Shown here in pieces: positions 33,471 through 46,060 of a DNA stretch of 64,000 bases; position 1 is the stretch's first letter; each line of letters starts with the position of its first letter. Under the pieces are notes generated by a model. The model made no database searches and was not told the DNA's origin. It saw only the letters and a program-made list of their open reading frames with translations. The translations under genes and the position numbers were made by a program. Source of the stretch: Macrostomum lignano (Eukaryota); contig NIVC01002892.1 in the NCBI GenBank assembly GCA_002269645.1, forward strand, positions 1-64,000, written 5' to 3'.

Positions 33471-35024
33471 TTTTATTGCAAAAATAATTGCAGAATTGAA
33501 GAGTTCTATTATACAGAACCTGTTTTATTTATACTTGATTGTGCGAAGACAAACAGAAAAGCTTTATCTGTGATTTTTAATCATCGTTTGTATAATGCGT
33601 GCTTAAATACTTTCTGCTGTACTAATCCCCGTCTATCGATTTCCAGTTTGTTCAAAAAAATCGGCAATTTTTGTTTTCTTTGATTTCCGTCATTTTTTGC
33701 GAGAGATTTCCAAATTTTTCCGTTTTTCAATAATTTTTGTATAGCATAGCCAAACTGGCCTACTTACTATTAGTTGTGCTAAGTAGTAGTTTTAGCAAAT
33801 TATGTATCTTTTGTTGAAGTAGCTTTTCGTAGTTTTAAACAGTGTAATCATTCCGATTAAAAACTGTACGGTGTTAATTGTGTGATTGTTTCCATTTACC
33901 TGCTGTTCCTATATAAATTTTGCTGTCTGTTTTTTGTTCCTATAACTCCTTATTTTTTTGTAACTGTTTGATAGCTGTGGGCTGACTTTGTAGTAGCGAG
34001 GTATGTTTGGCAATTCAATCAACCAAATCATGTCCGTCCGTCCGTTGGTGTGTGTGTGTGGTGTGTGTTTATATTTTTTCGACGTATTATTTGTTTGTTA
34101 ATGATTTCAGTGGAGAGAGAGAGAAAGAGACTCTTAAGACTCAGAAGACTCTTATAGTATTGTGAAGCTTCAAAGGACCCCGGGGGCCGGATAGAGAGGC
34201 TTCGGTATACAGTTATAGCCAGGGATTAGTGTTTGCATTTTGGATTTGCAAGCCTCATCCATCAATTGTTAATATGCGATTCGAAATGCGGAAAGTTTGA
34301 GACAAAAAATGCTGTCATTCTTTGCGCAGAAGCAGAAGAAAAGAACAAAAAACCAAATTCACACGAGACTTAACTGTCTTCTTTTACACTCCTTGAGTTC
34401 TGATTGCTAAGCCATGCATGCAATTTATTGCTTTGCTAGCCGAGCATAAACTGTTGGACTTGGCTATGGCTAGTAAATGACAAATATGCTAATGCATGCG
34501 AATTGCGGCAGGTGTGCGTGGGCCCGCCTACCAGTTTTGGCTCCGTAAGTGTATAGTAGCCTGACTTTAAAATAGAAACTGAGCATTAATACTAAATCTA
34601 TTCTTACGGATATAATAAAATCTAAGGCCTTTAAAAACAAGTTCAGCTGTCTTCTGACTGAAACGGGCTCGCTGGCACACATTTTGACAGCTGATTTCGC
34701 TTAACTGCGCTCTCACTCTATTTTAATTAGACTAATATGCAAGCTTAATTAAGCCTTTTAATCTGATTGCTAACTAACTTTAATATCCTCGTATATATGT
34801 GTATATGTAAGAATATACTTCAGTGATTTCGAATTTTTATCATCTCTGCTGATAGTGTGTATTTTTTTCCGAGTTCAAATGAGCCAAATTAGCGACTTTT
34901 GATTGGCCTTTAGCAGAATTAGTACCAAACAATGTGCCCGCTTTCCCGGCGACTTCAATAACCCGTTGTTCTTGTTGTTTCTATTTTTAGAACTAATGTA
35001 GGCTAATGTGGAGTATTGGTGTCT

Positions 35025-35915
35025 CTTAGGCATTAGGCTAGAGGAGAATATTTCCGTGTTAGACATTAGGCTAATGGGGAATATTGCCGTGTTTGACGTT
35101 AGGCAAAAGGAGAATATTGCCGTGTTAGACATCATTAGGCTAATGAGGAATATTTCCATGTTAGACATTATTAGGTTAATGGGGAATATTTCCGTGTTTG
35201 TTATTAGGCTAATGGAGAATATTGCCGTGTCAGACATTAGGCTAATGGGAAATATTGCCGTGTTTGTTATAAGGCTAATGGAGAATATTGCCGTGTTAGA
35301 CATTAGGCTAATGGAGAATATTGCCGTGTTTGTTATAAGGCTAATGGAGAATATTGCCGTGTCAGACATTAGGCTAATGGGAAATATTGCCGTGTTTGTT
35401 ATAAGGCTAATGGAGAATATTGCCGTGTTAGACATTAGGCTAATGGAGAATATTGCCGTGTTTGTTATTAGGCTAATGGAGAATATTGCCGTGTCAGACA
35501 TTAGGCTAATGGGAAATATTGCCGTGTTTGTTATAAGGCTAATGGAGAATATTGCCGTGTTAGACATTAGGCTAATGGAGAATATTGCCGTGTTTGTTAT
35601 AAGGCTAATGGAGAATATTGCCGTGTTAGACATTAGGCTAATGGAGAATATTGCCGTGTTAGACATTAGGTTAATGGAGAATATTGCCGTGTTAGACATT
35701 AGGCTAATGGAGAATATTGGCGTGTCAGACATTAGGCTAATGGGGAATATTGCCGTGTTAGACATTAGGCTAATGGAGAATATTGGCGTGTCAGACATTA
35801 GGCTAATGGAGAATATTGGCGTGTCAGACATTAGGCTAATGGGGAATATTGCCGTGTTAGACATTAGGCTAATGGAGAATATTGGCGTGTCAGACATTAG
35901 GGTAATGGGGAATAT
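35025..35915. repeat. 33-bp minisatellite ATTAGGCTAATGGAGAATATTGCCGTGTTAGAC
   Basis: Seen directly; produces the IRLMENIAVLD ORFs. Confidence 0.95.
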
Positions 35916-36589
35916 TGTTATAGTAGATGTATTGGCTAATCAATGCTTGTGTGGCCTTAAAAATAAATAAATATTTTACACTTGGTCTAAAAATCCAAAG
36001 CAACCTTTTGTTATTCACTTGCTGGATGCAGAAGATTGTCGCGCAGATTAAGCTATTTTTCTATTTAATAATTAATTATTAATTTTTTCGCATTAGTAAC
36101 TGTTGCTTTGCTATCTATCAAAATTGGTCAGTTTTTTAATGTTGTATCCAGCCGAGAGCTGCGTTACATTTCTGTATACAGGCTTTCTTGCTGCGCGGGC
36201 GTGGCCTCTGCTGGGAGATAATTATTGCAAATCTATTAATTACGGAAGTTTCCACAGCGCACGGATGGAACCCCATTTTTGCTGACTATTTTTGCGTATT
36301 TTTCAATCTATAGACTAACAGTTTTGTAAAACTCTGTACCCGTATGTATTGTATTCTGTATTGTATTTTCTCCTATATTGTTATGCAAATGTTATTTGTG
36401 CTTTTCTTATCTTAACTTATTAATAATTCCGTCAATCACGCCCAGTTATAATAAATAAAAAATTGTTATTTATTTGACTTAGTTAATTGGCGATTTTGTG
36501 GCAAATTTATGGTTGCATTGCAATTTTCCGGTTAGGTACCTGTCAGCGCATGCAGTGACGCTTTAAATAGCTGGGAGTGTTCCAACCCG

Positions 36590-37915
36590 CTCTGAAGAAT
36601 TAGTGGGATATTGTGGCAGCCCGCTCTGGACAATTAGTTGTGGGGTATTGTGGCAGCCCGCTCTGGAGAATTAGTTGTGGGGTATTGTGGCAGCCCGCTC
36701 TGGACAATTAGTTGTGGGGTATTGTGGCAGCCCGCTCTGAACAATTAGTTGTGGGATATTGTGGCAGCCCGCTCTGGACAATTAGTTGTGAGGTATTGTG
36801 GCAGCCCGCTCTGGAGAATTAGTTGTGTGGTATTGTGGCAGCCCGCTCTGAAGAATTAGTTGTGGGATATTGTGGCAGCCCGCTCTGGACAATTAGTTGT
36901 GGGGTATTGTGGCAGCCCGCTCTGGACAATTAGTTGTGGGGTATTGTGGCAGCCCGCTCTGGACAATTAGTTGTGGGGTATTGTGGCAGCCCGCTCTGAA
37001 GAATTAGTTGTGGGGTATTGTGGCAGCCCGCTCTGGACAATTAGTTGTGGGGTATTGTGGCAGCCCGCTCTGGACAATTAGTTGTGGGGTATTGTGGCAG
37101 CCCGCTCTGGACAATTAGTTGTGGGGTATTATAGCAGCCCGCTCTGAAGAATTAGTTGTGGGGTATTGTGGCAGCCCGCTCTGAAGAATTAGTTGTGGGG
37201 TATTGTGGCAGCCCGCTCTGAAGAATTAGTTGTGGGGTATTGTGGCAACCCGCTCTGAAGAATTAGTTGTGGGGTATTGTGGCAACCCGCTCTGAAGAAT
37301 TAGTTGTGGGGTATTGTGGCAGCCCGCTCTGAAGAATTAGTTGTGGGGTATTGTGGCAGCCCGCTCTGAAGAATTAGTGGGATATTGTGGCAGCCCGCTC
37401 TGAAGAATTAGTGGAATATTGTGGCAGCCCGCTCTGAAGAATTAGTTGTGGGGTATTGTGGCAGCCCGCTCTGGACAATTAGTTGTGGGGTATTATGGCA
37501 ACCCGCTCTGAAGAATTAGTTGTGGGGTATTGTGGCAACCCGCTCTGAAGAATTAGTTGTGGGGTATTGTGGCAGCCCGCTCTGGAGAATTAGTTGTGGG
37601 GTATTGTGGCAGCCCGCTCTGAAGAATTAGTTGTGGGGTATTGTGGCAGCCCGCTCTGAAGAATTAGTTGTGGGGTATTGTGGCAGCCCGCTCTGAAGAA
37701 TTAGTTGTGGGGTATTGTGGCAGCCCGCTCTGGAGAATTAGTTGTGGGGTATTGTGGCAGCCCGCTCTGAAGAATTAGTTGTGGGGTATTGTGGCAGCCC
37801 GCTCTGAAGAATTAGTTGTGGGGTATTGTGGCAGCCCGCTCTGAATAATTAGTTGTGGGGTATTGTGGCAGCCCGCTCTGAAGAATTAGTTGTGGGGTAT
37901 TGTGGCAGCCTGCCC
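36590..37915. repeat. 37-bp minisatellite TTAGTTGTGGGGTATTGTGGCAGCCCGCTCTGAAGAA immediately upstream of RPS6
   Basis: About 35 near-identical units, no spacers. Confidence 0.97.
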
Positions 37916-38013
37916 TGAAGATTTTTTGAGAATGAGTCGGTGTTTGGAAAATTTTTATTACTACAAGATCCTCTTCAAATTCTGCTGCTTTTCCGCCAGC
38001 AAATTCCAACTAA

Positions 38014-38748
38014 ATGAAGATCAACGTCAGTTTCCCGACCGCCGGGTCGCAGAAATGCTTCGAAGTTGACGACATCAAGAAGCTGACGCCATTCTTTGAG
38101 AAGCGCATGTCGGCCGAGGTGCCAGCCGACAGCCTTGGCGAGGAGTGGAAGGGCTACGTTGTCCGTATCAGCGGTGGCAACGACAAGCAGGGCTTCCCCA
38201 TGAAGCAGGGCGTGCTCACCAATGGCCGCGTCCGCCTGCTGCTGTCCGCCGGACACTCCTGCTACAAGCCGCGCCGGACAGGCGAACGGAAGCGCAAGTC
38301 TGTGCGCGGCTGCATCGTGGACTCGAACCTGTCCGTGCTCAGCCTGGTGATCGTGCACAAAGGCCCCGGCGAGATCCCCGGCCTCACTGACACCACCGTG
38401 CCGCGCCGTCTGGGCCCGAAGCGGGCCTCCAACATCCGGCGGATGTTCCAGCTGACTAAGAAAGACGACGTCAGGGCATACGTTATCCGGCAGAAGAAGA
38501 AGACCAAGGAGGGCAAGCCGGAGCGCACCAAGGCGCCGAAGATCCAGCGCCTGGTGACGCCAATAGTGCTGCAGCGCAAGCGCCATCGCGTGGCACTGAA
38601 GCGCCGGCGCGCCACAAAGAAACGCGAAGAGGCGGCCGAGTACGCCAAGCTGATTGGCCAGCGAGCCAAGGAGGCCAGGGAGCGCAAGGCGGAGAGGAAG
38701 CGGTCCCGCTCCCACTCTATGCGGGAGAGCACCAGCGCTGCTAAGTGA
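38014..38748 (+). CDS. RPS6: 40S ribosomal protein S6 (eS6), 244 aa, intronless CDS
   Basis: MKINVSFP...[25 protein letters not shown]...RKSVRGCIV...[10 protein letters not shown]...[11 protein letters not shown]; C-terminal RSRSHS phosphorylation region. Confidence 0.99.
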   Translation: MKINVSFPTAGSQKCFEVDDIKKLTPFFEKRMSAEVPADSLGEEWKGYVVRISGGNDKQGFPMKQGVLTNGRVRLLLSAGHSCYKPRRTGERKRKSVRGCIVDSNLSVLSLVIVHKGPGEIPGLTDTTVPRRLGPKRASNIRRMFQLTKKDDVRAYVIRQKKKTKEGKPERTKAPKIQRLVTPIVLQRKRHRVALKRRRATKKREEAAEYAKLIGQRAKEARERKAERKRSRSHSMRESTSAAK

Positions 38749-39022
38749 AACTGGAATGAATAATCATCAACACTGGCCAAGCCGCGTGTGTGTTTGCCAG
38801 CTTTTGTGCGTTGAGCCGAGTTTGAAAAAACAAACTAAAGCCTGTTTTGTGAATTTGTTTGGCAAAAATAAATAATACTTCTTGTTGTTGAATCGAACGA
38901 TTGGCAGGTGAAAATGGATTGAAAAAAATGGAATTCATATTTTTAGCAGCCAGTCTTTTCTTTGTTTTTGTTTTCAGTATCCTGCGTTTAATTTCAGAAT
39001 GCCAGCTGGCGTCAGTCTAACC

Positions 39023-39752
39023 CAGGGGTCGGCAAACTCCGGCCCACAGAGCCTCTCCATCCGGCCCTCTGGTCCTTTGAAACCGTACAATAGCCATTCG
39101 GCCCGCTCAATGTTTATATCTCTTCTCAGCACTTTTGTCTCTAATCTTCTCTCTACTCTCTTCCTCTCCTCTCTCCTCTCTTCTCTATCATCTCCCCTCT
39201 CCTCTCCTCTCTTCTCTCCTCTCTTCTCTATCATCTCCTCTCTCCTCTATTCTCTCCTCTCTCCTCTATTCTCTCCTCTCTTCTCTATTATCATCTCCTC
39301 TCTCCTTTCTTCTCTCATCTGTTCTCTATCCTCTCTCCTCTCCTCTCCTCTCTTCTCTATCATCTCCTCTCCTCATCTCTTCTCTCCTCTCTTCTCTATC
39401 ATCTCCTCTATTCTCTCTCCTCTCCTCTCTTCTCTATCATCTCCTCTCTCTCCTCATCTCTTCTCTCCTCTCTTTTCTATCATCTCTCTCCTCATCTCTT
39501 CTCTCCTCTCTTCTCTATCATCTCCTCTCTCCTCATCTCTTTTCTCCTCTCCCCTCTCTTCTCTCCTTTTCTCTCCTCTCTCCTCTCTCCTCTTCTCTCC
39601 CCTCCTTTCTTCTCCTTTATTCTCTCGTCTCTCCTTTCTCTTAGATCCCTTCTCTTTTCGCTATTCCCTCTCCTCTCTTCCCTTCTCCAGCCCGCAGTCA
39701 TTCTCTAGGTTCTCTATTTGGCCCTTGAGGTAAAAACGTTTGCCGAACCCTG
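39023..39752 (+). mobile_element. hAT (Buster/Charlie-like) MITE with a CT-rich core
   Basis: TIR CAGGGGTCGGCAAAC / GTTTGCCGAACCCTG; perfect 8-bp TSD GTCTAACC (central TA) at 39015-39022 and 39753-39760. Confidence 0.92.
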
Positions 39753-40189
39753 GTCTAACCATTCAAAATCGCCGGCATCTCTACCTGGAGCCTCTCTGAC
39801 CCACGGAGGTTTTCAGAAGTCTGCAGACTCCATGTTTACAGATTACTCAGATTTGACAATTGATAGAAGTCTTGAAAGCTAAACAATCCCAATAGTAATA
39901 AACCCAGCCTGCACCCTCCCTCTACAAAGCTCTTTACGAGAATCATTATAAATCACATCGTTAAAATTTCAAAATTTCGAAACTTCGCATCGTCTAAGTC
40001 ACATTTACTCTATAAGAATAAGATCAACACCTTGGATAATGGGATCTAATTAAAGATCATTATTACGTGGATGGTGATAGGAGACTTTCGGGATTGTGAC
40101 AGCCACCTAATGGGAACTTGAAGGGGCAATTTCATAGGCTACAATCCCTATAATTAAGTTAGAAGCCTTAATATTAGTATAACGGAGGA

Positions 40190-40310
40190 AATGGCAGCTA
40201 TGGCGCCCCTTCACACCAGCTGTGGCGCCCCTTTGTCAGCTGATTTTGGCGCCCTTTTCACAGCAGCTGTGGCGCCCCTTGCCAGCTGATTTGGCGCCCG
40301 CTTCACAGCA
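40190..40310. repeat. Short degenerate GGCGCCCC-containing tandem repeat
   Basis: CAGCT...GGCGCCC recurs about five times. Confidence 0.6.
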
Positions 40311-40606
40311 ATTTGATTTTCAACAAATCCAGGTGTAGCAAATAAAGCCATATTTTTATAGTAATTCAAAGCTTGAAAACATCACTATACTCGTAGATTA
40401 CAATACTCGTAGAAGCAATACGTTAAAGTTTCCAGTGGTCAACTTTTCCTGGATCTTCAGCACCAAGTGCATGACGCAATTCGCAACACGCCCGCGGTTT
40501 TCGTCTCAACTGTGGGTGATGCAATTTGCGTCACAAAGCCCTCTAGCTTGGGCCACTCTCAGTCCTCAGTCCTCATGAACTGGCTTCGTGGTGGAAACTA
40601 AAAATA

Positions 40607-41902
40607 CGAGGGTCACTCTGAAAGTTTTTGCGTTCGACCACTTTCAGCTTTCGCCAGAGCTCAACCCCCTCACATCTGTTCAAAGTAGTTGCCCTGCGCG
40701 CACACACACTTTCGCATTCGCTCAAACCACTGCTCAAAGGCCGCAGCCCAGTCCTGTTTTGTCAGTGCATCCACACCGTCCCTGTACGCACGAATCGCGT
40801 CCTCAACCGTGGGAAATCTCTGTCCACGAAGCCCGGCCTTCACCTTCGGAAACAGAAAAAAATCACACGGAGCCAGGTCGGGCGAGTAGGGCGGGTGTCC
40901 GACCACGGAAATATGATTTTCGGCCAAGAACGTGATGGTTCGCTGCGCCGTGTGCGAACTCGCGTTGTCGTGGTGCAGGCGAAGGCCGCGGATTCCGCGT
41001 TTGGGACGCCGCTCCTGCCACGCCTGCAGCACCTGCGGCAGGCAGACTGTGACGTACCACTCCGCCGTCACTGTTCGCTGCCCGTCCAGCACCACAGTCG
41101 CCACGTGGCCTGATCTGCCGAAGAAGCTGGCGACCATGGCTTTGCCGACGCTCCTGGAGCGGCGAACCTTCGTTGGTGACTCCTCGCCAAAGAAGCACCA
41201 CACCGACGACTGGCGCTTCGTCTCGGGGTCGTGCTGGAACACCCAGGTTTCGTCGCCCGTCACGACGTCGAAAAAACCACGTGCGGCGCCGTCCTGGAAG
41301 TCAGCGAGCATCTGGCGGCACCACCGCACGCGTTCATCCTTCTGCTGCTGCGTCAGCAAATGCGGCACCCAACGAGCGCACAGTCGCCGTACGCCAAGGT
41401 GTTCGTGCAAAATCTTCTGCACTTGCCCGGATCCAATGCCCAGCTGCTGCTCCAATTGCACGTGGGTCACACGCCGATCCTCTTCGATCAGGCTGCGTGC
41501 CAGCTCGACGTTTTCTCCAGTCGTTGCTGTCGCAGGACGTCCTTCTCGGTCGTCGTCGTCCAGGCTGCACCGTCCAGCCCGAAGGTCGCGGTACCAGTTC
41601 TGGATGGTGCGGATCGAAGGCGCAGAATCTCCCAGAGCTGCCTGCATCTCCTCGTGGCATTGCTGCGTCGTGAGGCCGCGCTTGAAGTTGTAGAAAATTA
41701 TGGCGCGGATGTCGCGCCTCGACAGTTCGGCGGCCATGGCTGGCAGGCGGCTGAAAACTGAATTTCAATTGCAGATTGCGTTGCTTCTCTTAAAGCTGGG
41801 CACTTGAATTTTTATATGCAAGTTGAAAACTTCTGGAATTAAGGTTTGGTGCAATTTTACGGCGCTGGCTTGCGGGGAAGTGGTCGAACGCAAAAACTTT
41901 CG
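40607..41902 (-). mobile_element. Mariner element (~1.3 kb) flanked by TA dinucleotides
   Basis: TA|CGAGGGTCACTCTGAAAGTTTTTGCGTTCGACCACT at the left end and AGTGGTCGAACGCAAAAACTTTCG|TA at the right end. Confidence 0.93.
40670..41737 (-). CDS. Mariner transposase, DD34D, intact 355-aa ORF
   Basis: GRP, WVPHLL, VTGDETW, HHDNA and HPPYSPDLAPCDF motifs; 34 residues between the second and third catalytic Asp. Confidence 0.97.
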   Translation of the reverse strand: MAAELSRRDIRAIIFYNFKRGLTTQQCHEEMQAALGDSAPSIRTIQNWYRDLRAGRCSLDDDDREGRPATATTGENVELARSLIEEDRRVTHVQLEQQLGIGSGQVQKILHEHLGVRRLCARWVPHLLTQQQKDERVRWCRQMLADFQDGAARGFFDVVTGDETWVFQHDPETKRQSSVWCFFGEESPTKVRRSRSVGKAMVASFFGRSGHVATVVLDGQRTVTAEWYVTVCLPQVLQAWQERRPKRGIRGLRLHHDNASSHTAQRTITFLAENHISVVGHPPYSPDLAPCDFFLFPKVKAGLRGQRFPTVEDAIRAYRDGVDALTKQDWAAAFEQWFERMRKCVCAQGNYFEQM

Positions 41903-42254
41903 TATGTTGCTGAGTGCATTTCCATTGCAGGTGTGTATATTTTTCATAGTTAAATACGGTAAGAATAAAAGGCGGACAATCAAGAGATTGTTTGCCACCC
42001 AGATTTAATCTGAAGCTGAGCTTGTAGATATATCAATATTCAAGCTTTCCTATAAATAATTTGCTTTAAAGATAGAGCTCGAAATTTGCTTCAACTTGAC
42101 CAATACGACTCGTATACGAACTACGCTCATACATAAATTATTTCGTTGATGGTAGTCATAAAAATCTATAGAATCAGCCCTAGAACCATTTTTAAAGAAA
42201 TTTTCCAGACTCCACCCTTAAACAATTTCCTAAAAACTTCCCGTAATCATCCGT

Positions 42255-42560
42255 CCTTTCCTTTAACTATTTCTTAGAAACTTCCCATAATCACCCGTCC
42301 TTAAACTATTTCCTAGAAACTTCCCAGAATCACCCGTCCTTAAACTATTTCCTAGAAACTTCCCATAATCACCCGTCCTCAAACTATTTCCTAGAAACTT
42401 CCCAGAATCACCCGTCCTCAAACTATTTCCTAGAAACTTCCCATAATCACCCGTCCTCAAACTATTTCCTAGAAACTTCCCATAATCACCCGTCCTCAAA
42501 CTATTTCCTAGAAACTTCCCAGAATCACCCGTCCTCAAACTATTTCCTAGAAACTTCCCA
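42255..42560. repeat. 39-bp minisatellite AACTATTTCCTAGAAACTTCCCATAATCACCCGTCCTCA
   Basis: About 7 units. Confidence 0.93.
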
Positions 42561-42639
42561 TGAAACAATTTCCTAGAAATTCCAGGACCGCCTAAAAGCA
42601 ACTACTAATCAGCCACAACAGCTGGCACACAAGAATGTG

Positions 42640-43056
42640 GTTAACAAGAAAACAGAACGACCTTAAAATCGGCCATTCGTCGATCATTGGGCTGTTCTTC
42701 ATCTTGATAATAATACTCGCAGGAGGGCTGTGGGCACCCTGGTGCAGCGCTCTCGGTGACATTGTCCCACAAGCAGCACCGAGGCAATTCTGGCCATTCC
42801 GCTGACTCTTGAGCACACGCAAGCGCGTCAATGCTGTACGCAGGCACAGCACTGAGGGTGTACCGCGGCCCTGACTTTCTAATCGTCAGGCATGTACACT
42901 CTCTGTACCTTGGGGTTGGCCTTCATACGTAGGTGTGCATCGCAGTAGCCAATTTTCGTGCACACAAGCCCAAATAAATGCGGGACCGCGCACGGAATCG
43001 AACCAAGGGCCGTGGCTTGAGAGTCAGACGCGGTTACCGCCGAACTGCTCTGCCCC
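42640..43056 (-). mobile_element. tRNA-derived SINE (second copy)
   Basis: Minus strand reads GGGGCAGAGCAGTTCGGCGGTAACCGCGTCTGACTC...CCCTTGGTTCGATTCCG; collinear with 30463-30780. Confidence 0.75.
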
Positions 43057-43159
43057 AGTTGTGTATTTGGTCAACTATAAATGAGCTCGCATATTTATTT
43101 AACCCATCCAAAATGGACGGATGCGTAATTTTTTAATATAATACTCTTTTGATTCTCAT

Positions 43160-43550
43160 ACCACTGATTCCCACACTCCGATTACCACACCCTAATCCCC
43201 ACATCCTGATCCCCATACCTTGATTCCCACACCCTGATTCCCACACCCTAATTACCACACCTTGATCCCCACACCTTGATTACCACACCCTGATCCCTAC
43301 ACCCTGATCCCCACACCCTGATCCCCACACCCCTACATCATGATTCCTATACCCTGATCACCACACCCTAATTACCACACCCCGATTCCCACACCCCGAT
43401 TACCACACCCTGATCCCCACATCCTAATCCCCACACCCTCATCCCCACACCCTGATCCCCACACCCTTATCCCTACACCCCGATTCCCACACCCCGATTC
43501 CCACACCCTGATTACCACACCCTGATCCCCGATCCCAACATCCTGATCCT
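43160..43550. repeat. ~14-bp tandem repeat CCCACACCCTGAT(T/C)
   Basis: Seen directly. Confidence 0.9.
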
Positions 43551-44247
43551 CACGCCCCGGTGGAAAAATCGAATTCATATTCACTTTTCACTGGTATTGC
43601 AGTGCTCAATTTCTGCAATGTTACATGTGTACCGCTACACTCAGGTTTATTTTGCCAAAACTCTTTCAAACAATCCTTACTTTGTAACAAACAGAATATA
43701 TAATACTAGGGGCCAGTGCAGTCAGCGCTAGCACTGTTTTCTACCTTTTCTCCCATGGCAATATAAAGATCACGCGATTAGGGAAAAATGCTTGCAAGCC
43801 TTCTTTCTTAGTTTCAATATACAGAGAGGGTATACAGAAGCTGTCCATCGATCGCCTTCTTGTCTTGTAATCTTTTCTCCTCTTCTCCCACGCTCCTTCG
43901 CTTGCTTCCCATGCCAGTCTCTCTCTCTCTCCCCTCTCCCCTATCCCACAGTGCATGTGTACATACATTTCACTCCGGCAGTGCTGCAAGTGCTACAGCT
44001 GTGTGCACGTCTCGCCTTCGCCATGCATGCCTGCTTGCTCGCTATAGGAGACAGGGGGGGGGGGGGGGGCTGCGCGTGCCTCCCTGCCCGCCTCTCTTTC
44101 ATGGGTGCAGGTCGTTGAGATGCAAAGCGGGACACGCTATGTTATATTGGAGAGAAATTATCTTCATAGCTATATGCATTATGAGGCCATCGTGTTTTTA
44201 ACTGCGAAGCCTGACCGCCTTTTAAATAACATTTATGTGACGTTTCA

Positions 44248-46060
44248 ATGGGGATTGTGAAGCTTCAGTGTGGGATTGTGAAGAGTTTAATAGGGATTGT
44301 GAAGCTTCAGTGTGGGATTGTGAAGAGTTTAATAGGGATTGTGAAGCTTCAGTGTGGGATTGTGAAGAGTTTAATAGGGATTGTGAAGCTTCAGTGTGGG
44401 ATTGTGAAGAGTTTAATAGGGATTGTGAAGCTTCAGTGTGGGATTGTGAAGAGTTTAATAGGGATTGTGAAGCTTCAGTGTGGGATTGTGAAGAGTTTAA
44501 TAGGGATTGTGAAGCTTCAGTGTGGGATTGTGAAGAGTTTAATAGGGATTGTGAAGCTTCAGTGTGGGATTGTGAAGAGTTTAATAGAATTGTGAAGAGT
44601 TTAATAGGGATTGTGAGGAGTTTAATAGGATTGTGAAGGGTTTAATAGGATTGTGAAGAGTTTAATAGGATTGTGAAGAGTTTAATAGGATTGTGAAGAG
44701 TTTAAAAGGATTGTGAAGAGTTTAATAGGATTGTGAAGAGTTTAATAGGATTGTGAAGAGTTTAATAGGATTGTGAAGAGTTTAATAGGATTGTGAAGAG
44801 TTTAATAGGATTGTGAAAAGTTTAATAGGATTGTGAAGAGTTTAAAAGGATTGTGAAGAGTTTAATAGGGATTGTGAAGCTTCAGTGTGGGATTGTGAAG
44901 AGTTTAATAGAATTGTGAAGAGTTTAATAGGGATTGTGAGGAGTTTAATAGGATTGTGAAGGGTTTAATAGGATTGTGAAGAGTTTAATAGGATTGTGAA
45001 GAGTTTAATAGGATTGTGAAGAGTTTAAAAGGATTGTGAAGAGTTTAATAGGATTGTGAAGAGTTTAATAGGATTGTGAAGAGTTTAATAGGATTGTGAA
45101 GAGTTTAATAGGATTGTGAAGAGTTTAATAGGATTGTGAAGGGTTTAATAGGATTGTGAAGAGTTTAAAAGGATTGTGAAGAGTTTAATAGGGATTGTGA
45201 AGCTTCAGTGTGGGATTGTGAAGAGTTTAATAGAATTGTGAAGAGTTTAATAGGGATTGTGAGGAGTTTAATAGGATTGTGAAGGGTTTAATAGGATTGT
45301 GAAGAGTTTAATAGGATTGTGAAGAGTTTAATAGGGATTGTGAGGAGTTTAATAGGATTGTGAAGGGTTTAATAGGATTGTGAAGAGTTTAATAGGATTG
45401 TGAAGAGTTTAATAGGATTGTGAAGAGTTTAAAAGGATTGTGAAGAGTTTAATAGGATTGTGAAGAGTTTAATAGGATTGTGAAGAGTTTAATAGGATTG
45501 TGAAGAGTTTAATAGGATTGTGAAGAGTTTAATAGGATTGTGAAGGGTTTAATAGGATTGTGAAGAGTTTAAAAGGATTGTGAAGAGTTTAATAGGGATT
45601 GTGAAGCTTCAGTGTGGGATTGTGAAGAGTTTAATAGAATTGTGAAGAGTTTAATAGGGATTGTGAGGAGTTTAATAGGATTGTGAAGGTTTAATAGGAT
45701 TGTGAAGAGTTTAATAGGATTGTGAAGAGTTTAATAGGATTGTGAAGAGTTTAAAAGGATTGTGAAGAGTTTAATAGGATTGTGAAGAGTTTAATAGGAT
45801 TGTGAAGAGTTTAATAGGATTGTGAAGAGTTTAATAGGATTGTGAAGGGTTTAATAGGATTGTGAAGAGTTTAAAAGGATTGTGAAGAGTTTAATAGGAT
45901 TGTGAAGAGTTTAATAGGATTGTGAAGAGTTTAATAGGATTGTGAAGAGTTTAATAGGATTGTGAAGAGTTTAATAGGATTGTGAAGCTTCAGTGTGGGA
46001 TTGTGAAGTTTCAGCGTGAGATTGTGAATAGTTTAATAGGATTATGAAGAGGCTAATGAG
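44248..46060. repeat. Satellite of 20-bp GGATTGTGAAGAGTTTAATA and a 42-bp dimeric unit, with higher-order blocks
   Basis: Seen directly. Confidence 0.97.

Noticed and set aside
36590-37915. 37-bp direct repeats as a CRISPR array (also the 24-, 30-, 33- and 39-bp arrays)
   Set aside because: Units are contiguous with no unique spacers, there are no cas genes, and the context is eukaryotic
37975-38780. Antisense ORFs over RPS6 (246 and 172 aa), and similar ones over the mariner and CBX exons
   Set aside because: Shadow ORFs of GC-rich coding sequence
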